Of a stretch of DNA of 28,376 nucleotides, positions 15,424-25,192 are shown one piece after another. The number at the start of each line of letters is the position of its first letter. Position 1 is the stretch's first letter. The stretch covers positions 1 through 28,376 of IMG/VR virus record IMGVR_UViG_3300032608_000410; one strand, given 5' to 3'. The translations under genes and the position numbers were made by a program. The DNA is from a virus (lineage: Duplodnaviria; Caudoviricetes). The notes under the pieces are model-generated. The model saw nothing but the letters and a program-made list of their open reading frames with translations. It did no database searches and was not told where the DNA came from.

Positions 15424-15690
15424 ATGGCCAAGCGGAAGACGAAGACGCCCGAGCAGCAGCCACAGCCCGAGAAGGAAGAGGCGCCGGTGCCCGAGATGGA
15501 GCCGGAAGCGGCCCCAGAGCCCGAGCCGGAGCCGGACGCCGTGATCGCGAAGCAGACCTGCCGCGTGACGATCGAGGGCAACCGGGACATTCGCCTCTAC
15601 CGCGGCGACGTCTTTCGGCTACCGATGGCCCGGATCCTCTGGCGAGATGCCCGCGCGTTCGTGGACCGCTGGCCCCAGGTTGAGCGATGA
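15424..15690 (+). CDS. Hypothetical protein with Glu/Pro-rich N-terminus
   Basis: Tightly packed between neck genes; EPEPEP tract. Confidence 0.65.
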   Translation: MAKRKTKTPEQQPQPEKEEAPVPEMEPEAAPEPEPEPDAVIAKQTCRVTIEGNRDIRLYRGDVFRLPMARILWRDARAFVDRWPQVER

Positions 15691-16091
15691 CCCTGCGCGA
15701 CGATCTGATCCCGGTCGTCGACGAAACGCGCCAGCTGATCGACGATCTGGGGCTCCGGCTCTACACGGTCAAGACGAGGCGGCGCACCTGGGACGGCGGC
15801 GCACCTGGGGCGGGTAGCTCGTCGGACGTCGACGTCACGCTCGACCCGAGGCCGAAGGTCAAGGAGCCCTCCCCGCGCATGGTCGCGGCGGCCCCGGGCA
15901 CCTACGAGACCGGCGATCGGGTGGTTCACAGGATCTCGGCCGACTACACGAAGGCCCAGCTCGACGGCGGCGCCATCGCCGACGACGAGGAGTGGCACGT
16001 CCTGATCGACGGCTACCCCTACCGCGTGGTGTCCACGCTTGAGAAGGCGTTCGAGTGGCGGATCCACTGCCGACGCCTCACGGGGCGGTAG
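15687..16091 (+). CDS. Probable head-closure (stopper) protein
   Basis: 134 aa beta-rich with IDGYPYRVV motif; position. Confidence 0.6.
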   Translation: MTLRDDLIPVVDETRQLIDDLGLRLYTVKTRRRTWDGGAPGAGSSSDVDVTLDPRPKVKEPSPRMVAAAPGTYETGDRVVHRISADYTKAQLDGGAIADDEEWHVLIDGYPYRVVSTLEKAFEWRIHCRRLTGR

Positions 16092-16092
16092 G

Positions 16093-16611
16093 GTGCCGAG
16101 CTACAACATCGACGCCGGCGGCCTGCGCGAAGACCTGCGCCGGGCTCTGAAGGGCTTCGAGGAGGCAGTAATCGACGCGGCCGTCGAGACCGTCGCCCGG
16201 GGCGAGGGCCTCGCCGTCGCGAAGACGAACAAGCTCGACGCCGTCGATCAGGGCGTCTACAAGAACTCCTGGAAGCATCGGCGGATCGTCGACGGCGGCG
16301 AGCTGCGGAACGACACGCCCTATGCTGCGGTGATCGAGTGGGGCAGGCGACCGAATCGCCCGGGCCCGCCCTTCGATCCGATCTTCGAGTGGGTGCAGAG
16401 GAAGCTCGTCGGACGCGGCGAGGTCGCTCCCGAGGACGCCGAAGCGACGGCGTCGATGATCGCGGCGCACATCCACCACCACGGCACCAAGCCCCGGTTT
16501 ATCCTGCGGGACACCTTCCTTGTGATGCGGAAGCGGTTCCCGAAGGAGATCCGGCGCCAGCTCAAGCGACGGCGCCGCGCACAGCAGGCCCGAGCCCGGA
16601 AGTTGAACTAG
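16093..16611 (+). CDS. HK97 gp10-like neck/tail-completion protein
   Basis: VDQGVYKNSW, NDTPYAAVIEWG and GTKPRFIL motifs; GTG start after upstream stop. Confidence 0.8.
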   Translation: MPSYNIDAGGLREDLRRALKGFEEAVIDAAVETVARGEGLAVAKTNKLDAVDQGVYKNSWKHRRIVDGGELRNDTPYAAVIEWGRRPNRPGPPFDPIFEWVQRKLVGRGEVAPEDAEATASMIAAHIHHHGTKPRFILRDTFLVMRKRFPKEIRRQLKRRRRAQQARARKLN

Positions 16612-16612
16612 C

Positions 16613-17215
16613 GTGGCCACTGTCGACCCCACGGACGCCATGATCGACGCCCTCGTCGCCTACCTGGCGACGACGCTCGGCAGCGGCTACACCGTCCGTG
16701 CGGGCTGGCCGGAGCACGGGAAGCGGCTCGACCTGTCCGAGCCCCTGATCGCGGTCACGGCGGGCGCCCCTGACGACGAGGAGCGGTCGCCAGAGGCGAT
16801 CCGGCACACCGACGAGGGCGACGGGACGACGACGAGCCTGTACGCCTACGGGCGGCGAGGGATCGACGTCCAGGTCGACCTGTGGGCGGCCTACCGAGCG
16901 GTCCGAGCGACGGCCGGCGTCGCGGTGCTGAAGGCGTTCAACGGCCCCAAGTTCCCGCACGTCGCGGGGCTCAACTTGGAGTTGACGACCTACCACAGCG
17001 TGCGGGCGACCTACGACCTGACTCCCGGCGGGGGCAGGGACGACAACCCGGACGGCGCCGCGCTCGGCGAGTGGCGGCAGACCTTCGCACTCCGCGCGGA
17101 GTGCGAGCTGGTCGACGAGAAGATCGAACCGACGGTGGCCGAACTGGTCGCCCAAATGGACGTAGACGACGGCGAGGACTGGGAGATCTCCGAGGAGATC
17201 CCCGTCACCCCCTAG
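16613..17215 (+). CDS. Probable tail terminator protein
   Basis: Between gp10-like gene and sheath; VQVDLWA motif. Confidence 0.6.
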   Translation: MATVDPTDAMIDALVAYLATTLGSGYTVRAGWPEHGKRLDLSEPLIAVTAGAPDDEERSPEAIRHTDEGDGTTTSLYAYGRRGIDVQVDLWAAYRAVRATAGVAVLKAFNGPKFPHVAGLNLELTTYHSVRATYDLTPGGGRDDNPDGAALGEWRQTFALRAECELVDEKIEPTVAELVAQMDVDDGEDWEISEEIPVTP

Positions 17216-17234
17216 CATCTGAGGAGCCCCGCAT

Positions 17235-18725
17235 ATGGGCAGCCTGATTAGCAAGATCTCGAGCCTGGCGAGCGTCGGTTACGGGATCAACATCTTCGAG
17301 CAGTCCCCCCCGCAGAACATCTCGGGCGCGAAGACGAACGTCGCCGGCTGCGTGGGAGCCTTCCCCTGGGGCCCGACGACCATGCAGACGGTCACGAGCT
17401 GGCAACAGCTTTTCGATCTGTACTGCCCGAGCTACTTCGACGCCGCGGACACCTACCCGGCGCTGAAGGCGTTCCTCTCGAAGAAGTTCCCGGGCGGGCT
17501 CAAGATGACTCGCGGCGTGGCGTCCGACGCCGTCGCGGGAACCAAAGATTACGACGACGCGGCGGCCACCGAGTCAGTCACCGTCGTCGCCAACTACCTG
17601 GGGCTCCTGGGGAACTCGATCCTCGTCGAGTGGGTGGCGAACGCCGACACCGCGGCCAACCGCGACGCGATCGTGAGCATCGGCACCGCCTACTCGGAGC
17701 GGTACGAGAACGTCGTAACCGCGGCGCTCGTCGTCACCGACCCGGGCGATCCGTTCGTGACCTTCTCCAAGCACGCGAGCTGTGTCGCCGTCCCCGACGC
17801 GGCGGCGGCCCTCGCCCTGGCGCTCGGCTCCGACGGCACGCTGGCCGGCGCCGACCTCGTCGGCTCGGCGGTCTCCAACGTGGGGATCCGCAAGTTCTAC
17901 GACGAGAACATCGCGATCAACGCGCTTTTCGTGGCCGACCTCGGCGACGAAGACACGCTGATCGACGCCGTCAATGCGGGCCTGTTCGCCTTCGTCGGCG
18001 AGGACAAGGGCATCGCGGTCCTGATGACGAAGTACGATCAGACGGTCGCCGAGGCGATCATCGACGTCGGCTCGTACAACGACGATCGCTGCGTCTACCC
18101 CTTCCCGCTGGCGAAGACGACCAACTTCTACGACACCAACCTCGCCGAGATCGAGGTCCAGGGCGGCCCCTGGGTTGCCTCGGCGATCGTGAGCAACGAC
18201 CCCTGGCAGGCCCCCGGCGGCGCGGCCAGCGTCGAGAGCCTCAAGGGGATCACCGCCCTCGAGGAGATCTCGATCACCCGCACGGACTACGAGAGCCTGA
18301 ACACCGCGGGGATCGCTCCCTTCTTCATGTCCACGGCCCTGGGCGGCGCCATCGTCCGCCGCGCCGTGACCACGGCGACCGACGGGACGCGGATCTTCCG
18401 CCGCCGGATGACGGACTACCTGACCGAGTCGATCGCGGCCTACCTCGAGCGGTTCGTCGAGTACCCGATCGACCTGGACCTGGACGCCCAGACCCTCGGC
18501 AACTACACGAAGGCCGAGGTCGACGCCGTGACGACCTTCCTCGCGAACGAGGAGGCCGCCCAGCACATCAAGGATTACGGGATCGACCCCTTCTCGGCGA
18601 ATACCGAGTCCGGCATCGACGCCGGTCGGTGGATCCTGGCGATCCAGGCCGAACTCTACTCGATGCAGGAGGAGATCGTCCTGCAGGCCGAGATCGGTGA
18701 AACCGTCGAGGTCCGGGAGGCCTAG
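17235..18725 (+). CDS. Contractile tail sheath protein
   Basis: 496 aa; VGAFPWGP, GLLGNSI, LGSDG and RIFRRRMTDYL motifs of sheath proteins. Confidence 0.93.
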   Translation: MGSLISKISSLASVGYGINIFEQSPPQNISGAKTNVAGCVGAFPWGPTTMQTVTSWQQLFDLYCPSYFDAADTYPALKAFLSKKFPGGLKMTRGVASDAVAGTKDYDDAAATESVTVVANYLGLLGNSILVEWVANADTAANRDAIVSIGTAYSERYENVVTAALVVTDPGDPFVTFSKHASCVAVPDAAAALALALGSDGTLAGADLVGSAVSNVGIRKFYDENIAINALFVADLGDEDTLIDAVNAGLFAFVGEDKGIAVLMTKYDQTVAEAIIDVGSYNDDRCVYPFPLAKTTNFYDTNLAEIEVQGGPWVASAIVSNDPWQAPGGAASVESLKGITALEEISITRTDYESLNTAGIAPFFMSTALGGAIVRRAVTTATDGTRIFRRRMTDYLTESIAAYLERFVEYPIDLDLDAQTLGNYTKAEVDAVTTFLANEEAAQHIKDYGIDPFSANTESGIDAGRWILAIQAELYSMQEEIVLQAEIGETVEVREA

Positions 18726-18793
18726 CCTTCCAGCGCCCCCCCTTCCCCCTTCCCAGTAGCTAGCCCGGGCGATGCCCGGTGGGAGATCGTTCC

Positions 18794-19222
18794 ATGGCCA
18801 CCGGAATTACCGGTAAAGACGTACAGGTTGCGCTGTCTCTCGACGCCGCGCCGCAGCAGATCTTCGACGACGTCGTGTCGTTCGAGCGTTCCCCGATCCT
18901 CGAGGAGGCATCCTCGCGCAAGCTGGGGAAGGACTTTGTCGACGTCGACGTCGAGCACGCCGGCTGGCAGGGGACGACCGAGATCCAGGTCTCGTCGTCC
19001 GTCGCCGACGAGCTGATCGACGCCATCACGTCGGCGATGCGCGCGCGGCTTCCCTACGTGCTGAGCTTCGGCGAGCAGATCCACTACCGCGACCTGTCGT
19101 CGAAGTCGTACACGTACCCCATGTGCAAGATCACCGGCGCCCCGAAGCGGGTCCGGGCCGGCGCCGAGAAAGCGACGGTCTCCTTCACCTGGAAGAGCGG
19201 CGCCGACAGGATCCCGGGCTAG
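18794..19222 (+). CDS. Tail tube protein
   Basis: 142 aa directly after sheath; GGGAG RBS before ATG 18794; ITGKDV start, beta-rich. Confidence 0.8.
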   Translation: MATGITGKDVQVALSLDAAPQQIFDDVVSFERSPILEEASSRKLGKDFVDVDVEHAGWQGTTEIQVSSSVADELIDAITSAMRARLPYVLSFGEQIHYRDLSSKSYTYPMCKITGAPKRVRAGAEKATVSFTWKSGADRIPG

Positions 19223-19225
19223 CCG

Positions 19226-19594
19226 ATGGCGCAGGCCGATCCGACGCTTCCGGCCGATCCCGAGCAGGCCCCGGGCCTCCCCAAGGATCTCAACATCTGC
19301 GGGATCCCCTGGACGGTGGAGATCGTCGACGATCCTGCGGACGTCGACGTCTACCGACGGGTGCCTCTGTGGGGGCAGTGCATCGCTTCACGCAGGGAGA
19401 TCCGGATCCAGGGCGGGATGAGCCCCGAGGCGACGTTCACGACCCTGCTACACGAACTGATCCACGCCGTGAGTGACAACGCTCTCGGCGTCGGGGACGA
19501 CTCCCGCGAGGACGAACAGCGTGTGACGGCGATGGCCTCTGTACTCGCCGACACCCTGATCAGAAACAACCTGGCGCGGCTACCCTCGAGGTAG
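19226..19594 (+). CDS. Small HExxH zincin-like metallopeptidase domain protein
   Basis: LWGQC...REIRI...TLLHELIHAV...EDEQRV, an ImmA/IrrE/SprT-like pattern. Confidence 0.75.
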   Translation: MAQADPTLPADPEQAPGLPKDLNICGIPWTVEIVDDPADVDVYRRVPLWGQCIASRREIRIQGGMSPEATFTTLLHELIHAVSDNALGVGDDSREDEQRVTAMASVLADTLIRNNLARLPSR

Positions 19595-19614
19595 TCCGCG
19601 CGGAGCTGCGGAGA

Positions 19615-19962
19615 ATGAGCAAGACACGGAAGGCGTTCATCGTCGACATGCCCGACGGACGGGCGGTCACCATGGCCATGTTGCGGACCGGCGAGCTACG
19701 GCTCGCGATGCAGAAGGCCGGGAACATCAAGGTCGAGGACGCCCGGCGCTTCGAGCAGGGTCTCCACGGCCTACGAGCGGCGATCCGTGAGATCGACGGC
19801 GCCGAGGTCAAGGAAATGGACCTCGCCGGCGACAAGCTCGACGACCACTTCGACGCCCCCGAGATCCAGATGCTCGTCGCGGCCTGGCACCAGATCCACT
19901 CGCCTTCCGAGGAGGCGGTCGAGGGCCTGGGGGAATCGATTCGGGCCGTTTCTGGCGACTGA
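19615..19962 (+). CDS. Tail assembly chaperone (lambda gpG analogue)
   Basis: 115 aa between tube and tape measure; slippery GGGGGAA near its 3' end. Confidence 0.8.
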   Translation: MSKTRKAFIVDMPDGRAVTMAMLRTGELRLAMQKAGNIKVEDARRFEQGLHGLRAAIREIDGAEVKEMDLAGDKLDDHFDAPEIQMLVAAWHQIHSPSEEAVEGLGESIRAVSGD

Positions 19963-20096
19963 TCGCCTTTGCGGCCCGCTACGGACGACAGCCGATCTCT
20001 GAGTGTGAGCAGCTGACGCTCGAGGAACTCTCGGCATTCTGCCACGCGATCGGCGAACTGCTCGACAAGGAAGGGGACGGCCTCGAAGATGCCTGA
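19929..20096 (+). CDS. -1 frameshift extension of the chaperone (gpGT analogue)
   Basis: -1 frame after G GGG GAA is open: GIDSGRFWRLIAFAARYGRQPISECEQLTLEELSAF...EDA, with no ATG; stop overlaps the tape measure start. Confidence 0.8.
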   Translation, partial: GGIDSGRFWRLIAFAARYGRQPISECEQLTLEELSAFCHAIGELLDKEGDGLEDA

Positions 20097-21858
20097 CGAT
20101 CTCGAAGTCGTTGCCCGAATTCGGGCACGCAACGCCACGGGCCAAGGGGCGCGCAGGGCAGAACGCAGGCTCTCCCGCGTCGGCGACCATGCCGACCGAG
20201 TGGGCAAGAGGATCGGAAGCTCGCTAACGCGAGGGATCTCGGTCCTGGCCGGCGGCTATGCCCTGTCCAGGGTCACCCGCGGGATCATCGGGATCCAGGT
20301 GGAGATCCAGGAAGCCCAGATGGGCATGGCGTCGCTCTTCTCGGCGACGTACCAGATGCCGATCGTCGACTCGCTCAAGATGGCGCGGACCGAGGTCGCG
20401 GGCCTGCGGGTCGATGCGGCGAAGGGCGTCGGCGAGCTGGGGAACTACCTGCAGGCCTTCCAGATGATCCTGGGGCCAGCCGCGGCAGCCGGGGCGACAA
20501 ACCCGCAGATCCGCGAGCTGACCCGGCGTTCCCTGTCGGCTGGCTTCGCGATGCGCGGGCAGGAGGGGCTCATCCTCTCGCCCATGGACGTTGTCCAGGC
20601 ACTCACCGGCGGCGCCCGCGAGCGGCAGACCCCGTTCGTGATGATGGCACTCCGAGCCATCGGCAAGACTTCGGAGGAGTTCAATCAGCTGAATCCGGCC
20701 GAGCGGCTCACGGTCCTGACCGAGGCATTCGGATCGTTTTCCGCTGGTGTTGAGTTGATGGGCAAGAGTTGGTCTGCCCAGATGGGCACCTTCCGGGACC
20801 ACATCAAGGATATTCTGCGGCGGGTCACCGAACCGATCTTCGACAAGTGGTCGGATCAGCTCCGCGGGACGAACGACTGGCTCGACAAGAACCGATCGAT
20901 CCTGACCGACATGGCCGAGCGGGTCGGGCCGAAACTCGTCGGCGTCTGGGAGAATCTTGTCGAGAACGCGGCGGCCTACGCAGGGCTCGTCGGCGCCGCC
21001 GCATTCGTCAGCCAGGGTGGACCTGGTCTCGCCGCAGGGGCCTACCGCGGCGGCCGAGGGGCCTACGGGCAGGTCGCAGGCGCGGCTGCCTGGGGCGCTT
21101 CGCTGCCCGGGCGAAAGGGCTTCTTCGGGAAGATGGCCGGCGGCGGCGCAGCCGCGATCGGCGAGCTGAGCGTGGTAGGACGCCCCCTGCTCTCCGTCTT
21201 CTCGAAGCTGGCCGGCCCGATCGGGCTCGTCGTCGTCGCGTTCCAAGCGGTAATGGGAGCGTTCAAGGAGTTCCCTGCGGTCGTCTTCTTCCTCACGACG
21301 TGGTGGGCGGCTCTGATGGAGGCATTCGGCCAGCTCGGCGGAGCCTTCGGCATGCTCACCGGTGAGGGCTCGGCGCTGAACCTCGTTGGCGGGGCCCTGG
21401 GCCTGGCATTCGGCGGCCTCCTGATGATCTTCACCGTCGTCGTCAAGGTGATCGCGACCGTGGTCGCGGCGCTGGGAATGTTCGTGCAGGTGATCGGGCG
21501 TCTCGCGAAGGCCCTGTTCTTCGTGGTCACCGGCCAGTTCGGCAAGGCCGGCGAGGAGGTCGCAGGCATCGGCGCGAAGTCCGGATCCGACTTCATCGAC
21601 AAGGTAGCCGGGATCTGGACGAAATGGGGCCTGGACGATGCCGGCGGCGGCTACGACCCGCTCGTGCCCGATGCCCCGGGGAAGAAGCCCCCGCCGCAGA
21701 ACGTCAAGATCGACAAGGTCGAGATCAACACGCGGATCGAGACGAACGAGGATCCCGCGCGAGTCGCGGACTCCGTCGAGGATCTGCTGGACCGGATCTC
21801 ACGGTACAGGACGCAAGCGCGCAGGCAACCGACCGCGGCTGCTGCTGGATTGGGCTGA
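20089..21858 (+). CDS. Tape measure protein
   Basis: 589 aa, Ala/Gly-rich helical with hydrophobic C-terminal half; follows chaperone. Confidence 0.88.
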   Translation: MPDDLEVVARIRARNATGQGARRAERRLSRVGDHADRVGKRIGSSLTRGISVLAGGYALSRVTRGIIGIQVEIQEAQMGMASLFSATYQMPIVDSLKMARTEVAGLRVDAAKGVGELGNYLQAFQMILGPAAAAGATNPQIRELTRRSLSAGFAMRGQEGLILSPMDVVQALTGGARERQTPFVMMALRAIGKTSEEFNQLNPAERLTVLTEAFGSFSAGVELMGKSWSAQMGTFRDHIKDILRRVTEPIFDKWSDQLRGTNDWLDKNRSILTDMAERVGPKLVGVWENLVENAAAYAGLVGAAAFVSQGGPGLAAGAYRGGRGAYGQVAGAAAWGASLPGRKGFFGKMAGGGAAAIGELSVVGRPLLSVFSKLAGPIGLVVVAFQAVMGAFKEFPAVVFFLTTWWAALMEAFGQLGGAFGMLTGEGSALNLVGGALGLAFGGLLMIFTVVVKVIATVVAALGMFVQVIGRLAKALFFVVTGQFGKAGEEVAGIGAKSGSDFIDKVAGIWTKWGLDDAGGGYDPLVPDAPGKKPPPQNVKIDKVEINTRIETNEDPARVADSVEDLLDRISRYRTQARRQPTAAAAGLG

Positions 21859-21861
21859 TCC

Positions 21862-22410
21862 ATGTCCGAGCTGGCAGACGGACAGCCCCTCACCCTGCGA
21901 GACCTGACCACAGGCAAGGAGATCACCCTCGAGGGCGCGGCGCTGCCCCTCCGGAACGTCGCAGCGGGCGCGAAGCTCCGCCACACGACGACCTGGTACC
22001 CGGGGGCGACGATCGCCTCCGTCCAGGTGCACGGGATCGAGGAAGAGACGATCCAGCTCGAGGGCGACTGGCGCGACACGCTGCTCGGCCTCGAGGATGG
22101 CGCGGCGGCACTCGTCGCGGCGGCGCGGTCAATGCTCCTCGCGCAGCACCGGGTCGAGATGACCTGGGGAACGCTGGTCGTGCGACGCGGGATGATTTTG
22201 CGCTTCGCGCCCAAGTACCAGGGCCAGGCGGTGATCGGCTGGGCGATCGAGTTCATGCCGACCGAGACCGACGAGCCCGAATCGGTGATCACGAAGGAAT
22301 TCCCGCCGACGCCGGAGACGGCGGTCGCGTGGTGGGAGGTCGTCGACGCCATCCTCGACGCGCTGACCTTCGGCGTCGCCATTGCCCAGCGGCACAAGGC
22401 CCTTTTCTAG
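21862..22410 (+). CDS. Baseplate/tail-tube initiator (P2 gpU-like)
   Basis: After tape measure; YPG...VQVHG...ETIQLEG pattern. Confidence 0.65.
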   Translation: MSELADGQPLTLRDLTTGKEITLEGAALPLRNVAAGAKLRHTTTWYPGATIASVQVHGIEEETIQLEGDWRDTLLGLEDGAAALVAAARSMLLAQHRVEMTWGTLVVRRGMILRFAPKYQGQAVIGWAIEFMPTETDEPESVITKEFPPTPETAVAWWEVVDAILDALTFGVAIAQRHKALF

Positions 22411-22917
22411 ATGTCGATCACATCCCTACTCGATGTTTTCGAGACCGCCGCAGCGCTCCCTGCGAGTGCCCGGGAGGCATGGGCCGAGGTCTCGGCAGCC
22501 TTCGCCGCTGGTGAGGTCACATCGGCGCAGCGGCGGCACCTCGTGGCGCGCTTGCGCGGGCTGCTCGACGAGATCAAGGCGGTCCGGGTCGACCTGGACG
22601 GCGCCGACGCCGAGGACTACCTCCGCGGCACGCACCCCGATCAGTTGGTCGGGGTCTGGCAGGGCGAGCGCGAGACCCGGCGACAGCTGGTCAAGACGTC
22701 GGGCGGGCTGCTGGAGCTGATCGACACGCTCGAGCGACTCGACACCGGCGACGCCCGGACCATGTACGTCTCGAGGGACGGCGACACGCTGCAGAGCATC
22801 GCGGCGGCCCACCTGGGCAGCTGGGAAGAGTGGCCGTCCCTGCTGGAGGCCAACCCCGAGATCACCCCCGGACCGCTGGCGTCCGGAACGCTGGTGGTCA
22901 TCCCGGCGAGGCGGTAG
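22411..22917 (+). CDS. LysM-domain baseplate protein (P2 gpX-like)
   Basis: C-terminal YVSRDGDTLQSIAAAHLGSWEEWPSLLEANP...GTLVVIP. Confidence 0.85.
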   Translation: MSITSLLDVFETAAALPASAREAWAEVSAAFAAGEVTSAQRRHLVARLRGLLDEIKAVRVDLDGADAEDYLRGTHPDQLVGVWQGERETRRQLVKTSGGLLELIDTLERLDTGDARTMYVSRDGDTLQSIAAAHLGSWEEWPSLLEANPEITPGPLASGTLVVIPARR

Positions 22918-22920
22918 CCC

Positions 22921-24198
22921 ATGGGCGCGCGAGTCTACTACCCGCGGGCCAGGGTGATCCTGGACGTGATCTTCGAGGACTTCGCCGGCGGGACCGACGA
23001 GGCGATCCACATCATCGACGCCGTACCCGTCGAAGTGGAGGTCTCGCCGAACCACCACCGGGAAGCGGACACGGCGCGAATCGAACTCGAGTACGCCGAT
23101 TTTCCGATCGACCCGCGCACCCTGCGGGCGGTTCGGGTGCTGGTACTGCTCGGCTCGGTCGACGAGCCCGGCGACCAGCTCGACGCCAGCAACCCGGATC
23201 ACCGCGTCTTCATGGGGTTCGTCGACGAGCCCGAGACGGTGCTCTCTGGCGACGGCGACCGAGTGAAGTTCGACGCCCGGGACGCGACTTCGCTTTTCCT
23301 GGACTACACCTGTCCGGCTGGCTTGGCGATCGACATCGATTCGACGCTCGCGGTGATCGTCTACGGGATCATGCTGCAGGTGCCCGGCGTCATCGGAATG
23401 CCCATCGAGATCGCAGCGGGATCAGCGTCGGTCAACGTCGCGGAGAAGCTCGGCCGCACGAAATGGGCACCCCAGAAGGGCGACGACGCCTGGACGGTGC
23501 TGGTCGAGCTGTGCGGGCTGCTGGGGCTGATCCCCGTGATCGAGCTTGACACGCTCCGGATCCTCGACGCCGAGGGGTTCCGGGGGGTCGGCGCGGCGCG
23601 GTTCGTCTACGGGCAGAACCTCGAGCGGCTGACCTACCGCCGGCGGCTCGTCGAGACCCGGAGCGCGCAGATCCTCGTCCGCTGCTGGGACGAGCAGAAG
23701 CGCGAGCGGCGCGAGGCCCTCTATCCCCCGTCGCCAGAGGTCGCGAAGAAGATCATCGGCTACGACGGTTTGGTCGCCGACAAAGACGCGCCGATCGTTC
23801 CTCACTACATCTCGGGCAGCCACACGCAGGCCGACCTCGACGCGCTGGCGAGAGGGCTCTACGAGGAGGCCGCCAGCGATCAGATCGACGGCGAGCTGCA
23901 GACCCGCGACATGCAGGATCTCGACGAGGCCGTCGACCTCTGGAAGGCCAAGAACGGCGACCAACTGACGGTGAAGCTCGGCCGCGGCGAGCAGGCGGCG
24001 ATCGAGGGGCGCACCGCCGGCGAGGCCCTGCTCTACCTCGTCCATCACGGGTGGAAGATCGAGGCGGCGAGGGCCTACGTCGCCGCCCTCAGGAAGGCCG
24101 AGGCGTCGGCGGTGAGCTTCTACGTCCGCAGCGCGTCGCATCGGTGGAGCCGGACCGACGGCTACCAGGCCCGGATCGAGTTCGTCAACTACGTGTAG
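22921..24198 (+). CDS. Baseplate hub protein (Mu gp44 / P2 gpD-like)
   Basis: 425 aa; ADTARIEL, FMGFVD, ARDATSLFLD and FYVRSASHRWS...GY motifs; position. Confidence 0.8.
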   Translation: MGARVYYPRARVILDVIFEDFAGGTDEAIHIIDAVPVEVEVSPNHHREADTARIELEYADFPIDPRTLRAVRVLVLLGSVDEPGDQLDASNPDHRVFMGFVDEPETVLSGDGDRVKFDARDATSLFLDYTCPAGLAIDIDSTLAVIVYGIMLQVPGVIGMPIEIAAGSASVNVAEKLGRTKWAPQKGDDAWTVLVELCGLLGLIPVIELDTLRILDAEGFRGVGAARFVYGQNLERLTYRRRLVETRSAQILVRCWDEQKRERREALYPPSPEVAKKIIGYDGLVADKDAPIVPHYISGSHTQADLDALARGLYEEAASDQIDGELQTRDMQDLDEAVDLWKAKNGDQLTVKLGRGEQAAIEGRTAGEALLYLVHHGWKIEAARAYVAALRKAEASAVSFYVRSASHRWSRTDGYQARIEFVNYV

Positions 24199-24207
24199 GG
24201 GTGAGGC

Positions 24208-24747
24208 ATGCGCGGGAGCGGAACACAGCGCAGCCTGCAAGAGCTGGTGCGTGACGGGCGGACGACCCTCGAGATCGGGACCATCACCGAGATCGAGACG
24301 CATACGGCCTGGGGCTACCTGCTGACGCTGGAGATCGAGCCGGACGGGCGCGAGGTCCAGGCACGGCCGGCCTACCCCGCCACCGGCGCGGCGACCGGCT
24401 TCTTCTGGCCGGTGGTCGAGGGTGACGAGGCCCTCGTGCTCTGCCCCGGTGGCGACGTCAATCGGGCGATTGCGATCTGCGGGCTGACCAGCTCGCAGGC
24501 GACGCCCCCGAGCGACTGGGACAACGAACAACCGCAGGCCACGCACGCCAAGGGGATGCACTTCCGGACGGTCGAGGCGGCCCCGGTTCAGAAGGTCGTC
24601 ACAGAGGACATGCTCACCGACCTGATCGGCGTGTTCACCGAGATCGAGAGCATCGGCACCGCGGCGGGCGTTGCAACCCCGAACACTATCGCCATGAAGG
24701 CCCAACTCGCGACGGCCTTCCGGTCGTCTGCAGTCGAGACGGAGTAG
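24208..24747 (+). CDS. Baseplate spike protein (gpV-like)
   Basis: OB-fold motif GFFWPVVEGDEALVLCPGGD. Confidence 0.8.
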   Translation: MRGSGTQRSLQELVRDGRTTLEIGTITEIETHTAWGYLLTLEIEPDGREVQARPAYPATGAATGFFWPVVEGDEALVLCPGGDVNRAIAICGLTSSQATPPSDWDNEQPQATHAKGMHFRTVEAAPVQKVVTEDMLTDLIGVFTEIESIGTAAGVATPNTIAMKAQLATAFRSSAVETE

Positions 24748-24754
24748 CGAACCC

Positions 24755-25192
24755 GTGACCCTGACGATCAACCAGGAGCGCTTCGGGACTGACCTCGAGA
24801 TGCCGACGAAGGCAGGGGCCAGCCTCCCGAAGACTGCGACCGGAGATCTCCGGCTGATCTCGGGCTACGCGAACCTGCGCCAAGCGGTGATTCGCCGGGC
24901 GATGACGGTCCCTGGAAGCCTGATCCACAGACCGGAGTACGGCGGCGGTCTGCCCCTGTACATCGAGCAGGCCGGCACGCTCGCCGGACGCTCGCGCATG
25001 TCGAACGCGCTCCGCCAGAATGCCCAGGCCGACGAGCGGATCGCCCGGGCGAAGGTCGTCGTTCAGGCTGGCGTCGTCGGCGAGGCCGGCGAGGTGCTGA
25101 GCAAGCGCGGCGCCACGGCCCGGATCGAGATACAGGTCCGGGACGACGACGAGACGCTGTCTGTTACGGCGGCGATGGGAGAGGGTAGCTAA
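24755..25192 (+). CDS. Baseplate wedge / sheath initiator (T4 gp25 / P2 gpW-like)
   Basis: GDLRLISGYANLRQAVIRRAMTVPGSLIHRPEYG...DERI. Confidence 0.88.
   Translation: MTLTINQERFGTDLEMPTKAGASLPKTATGDLRLISGYANLRQAVIRRAMTVPGSLIHRPEYGGGLPLYIEQAGTLAGRSRMSNALRQNAQADERIARAKVVVQAGVVGEAGEVLSKRGATARIEIQVRDDDETLSVTAAMGEGS

Noticed and set aside
13236-24771. Long minus-strand ORFs (e.g. 13236-15062, 17574-18566, 23422-24771)
   Set aside because: Antisense shadows of GC3-rich genes with no recognisable motifs.
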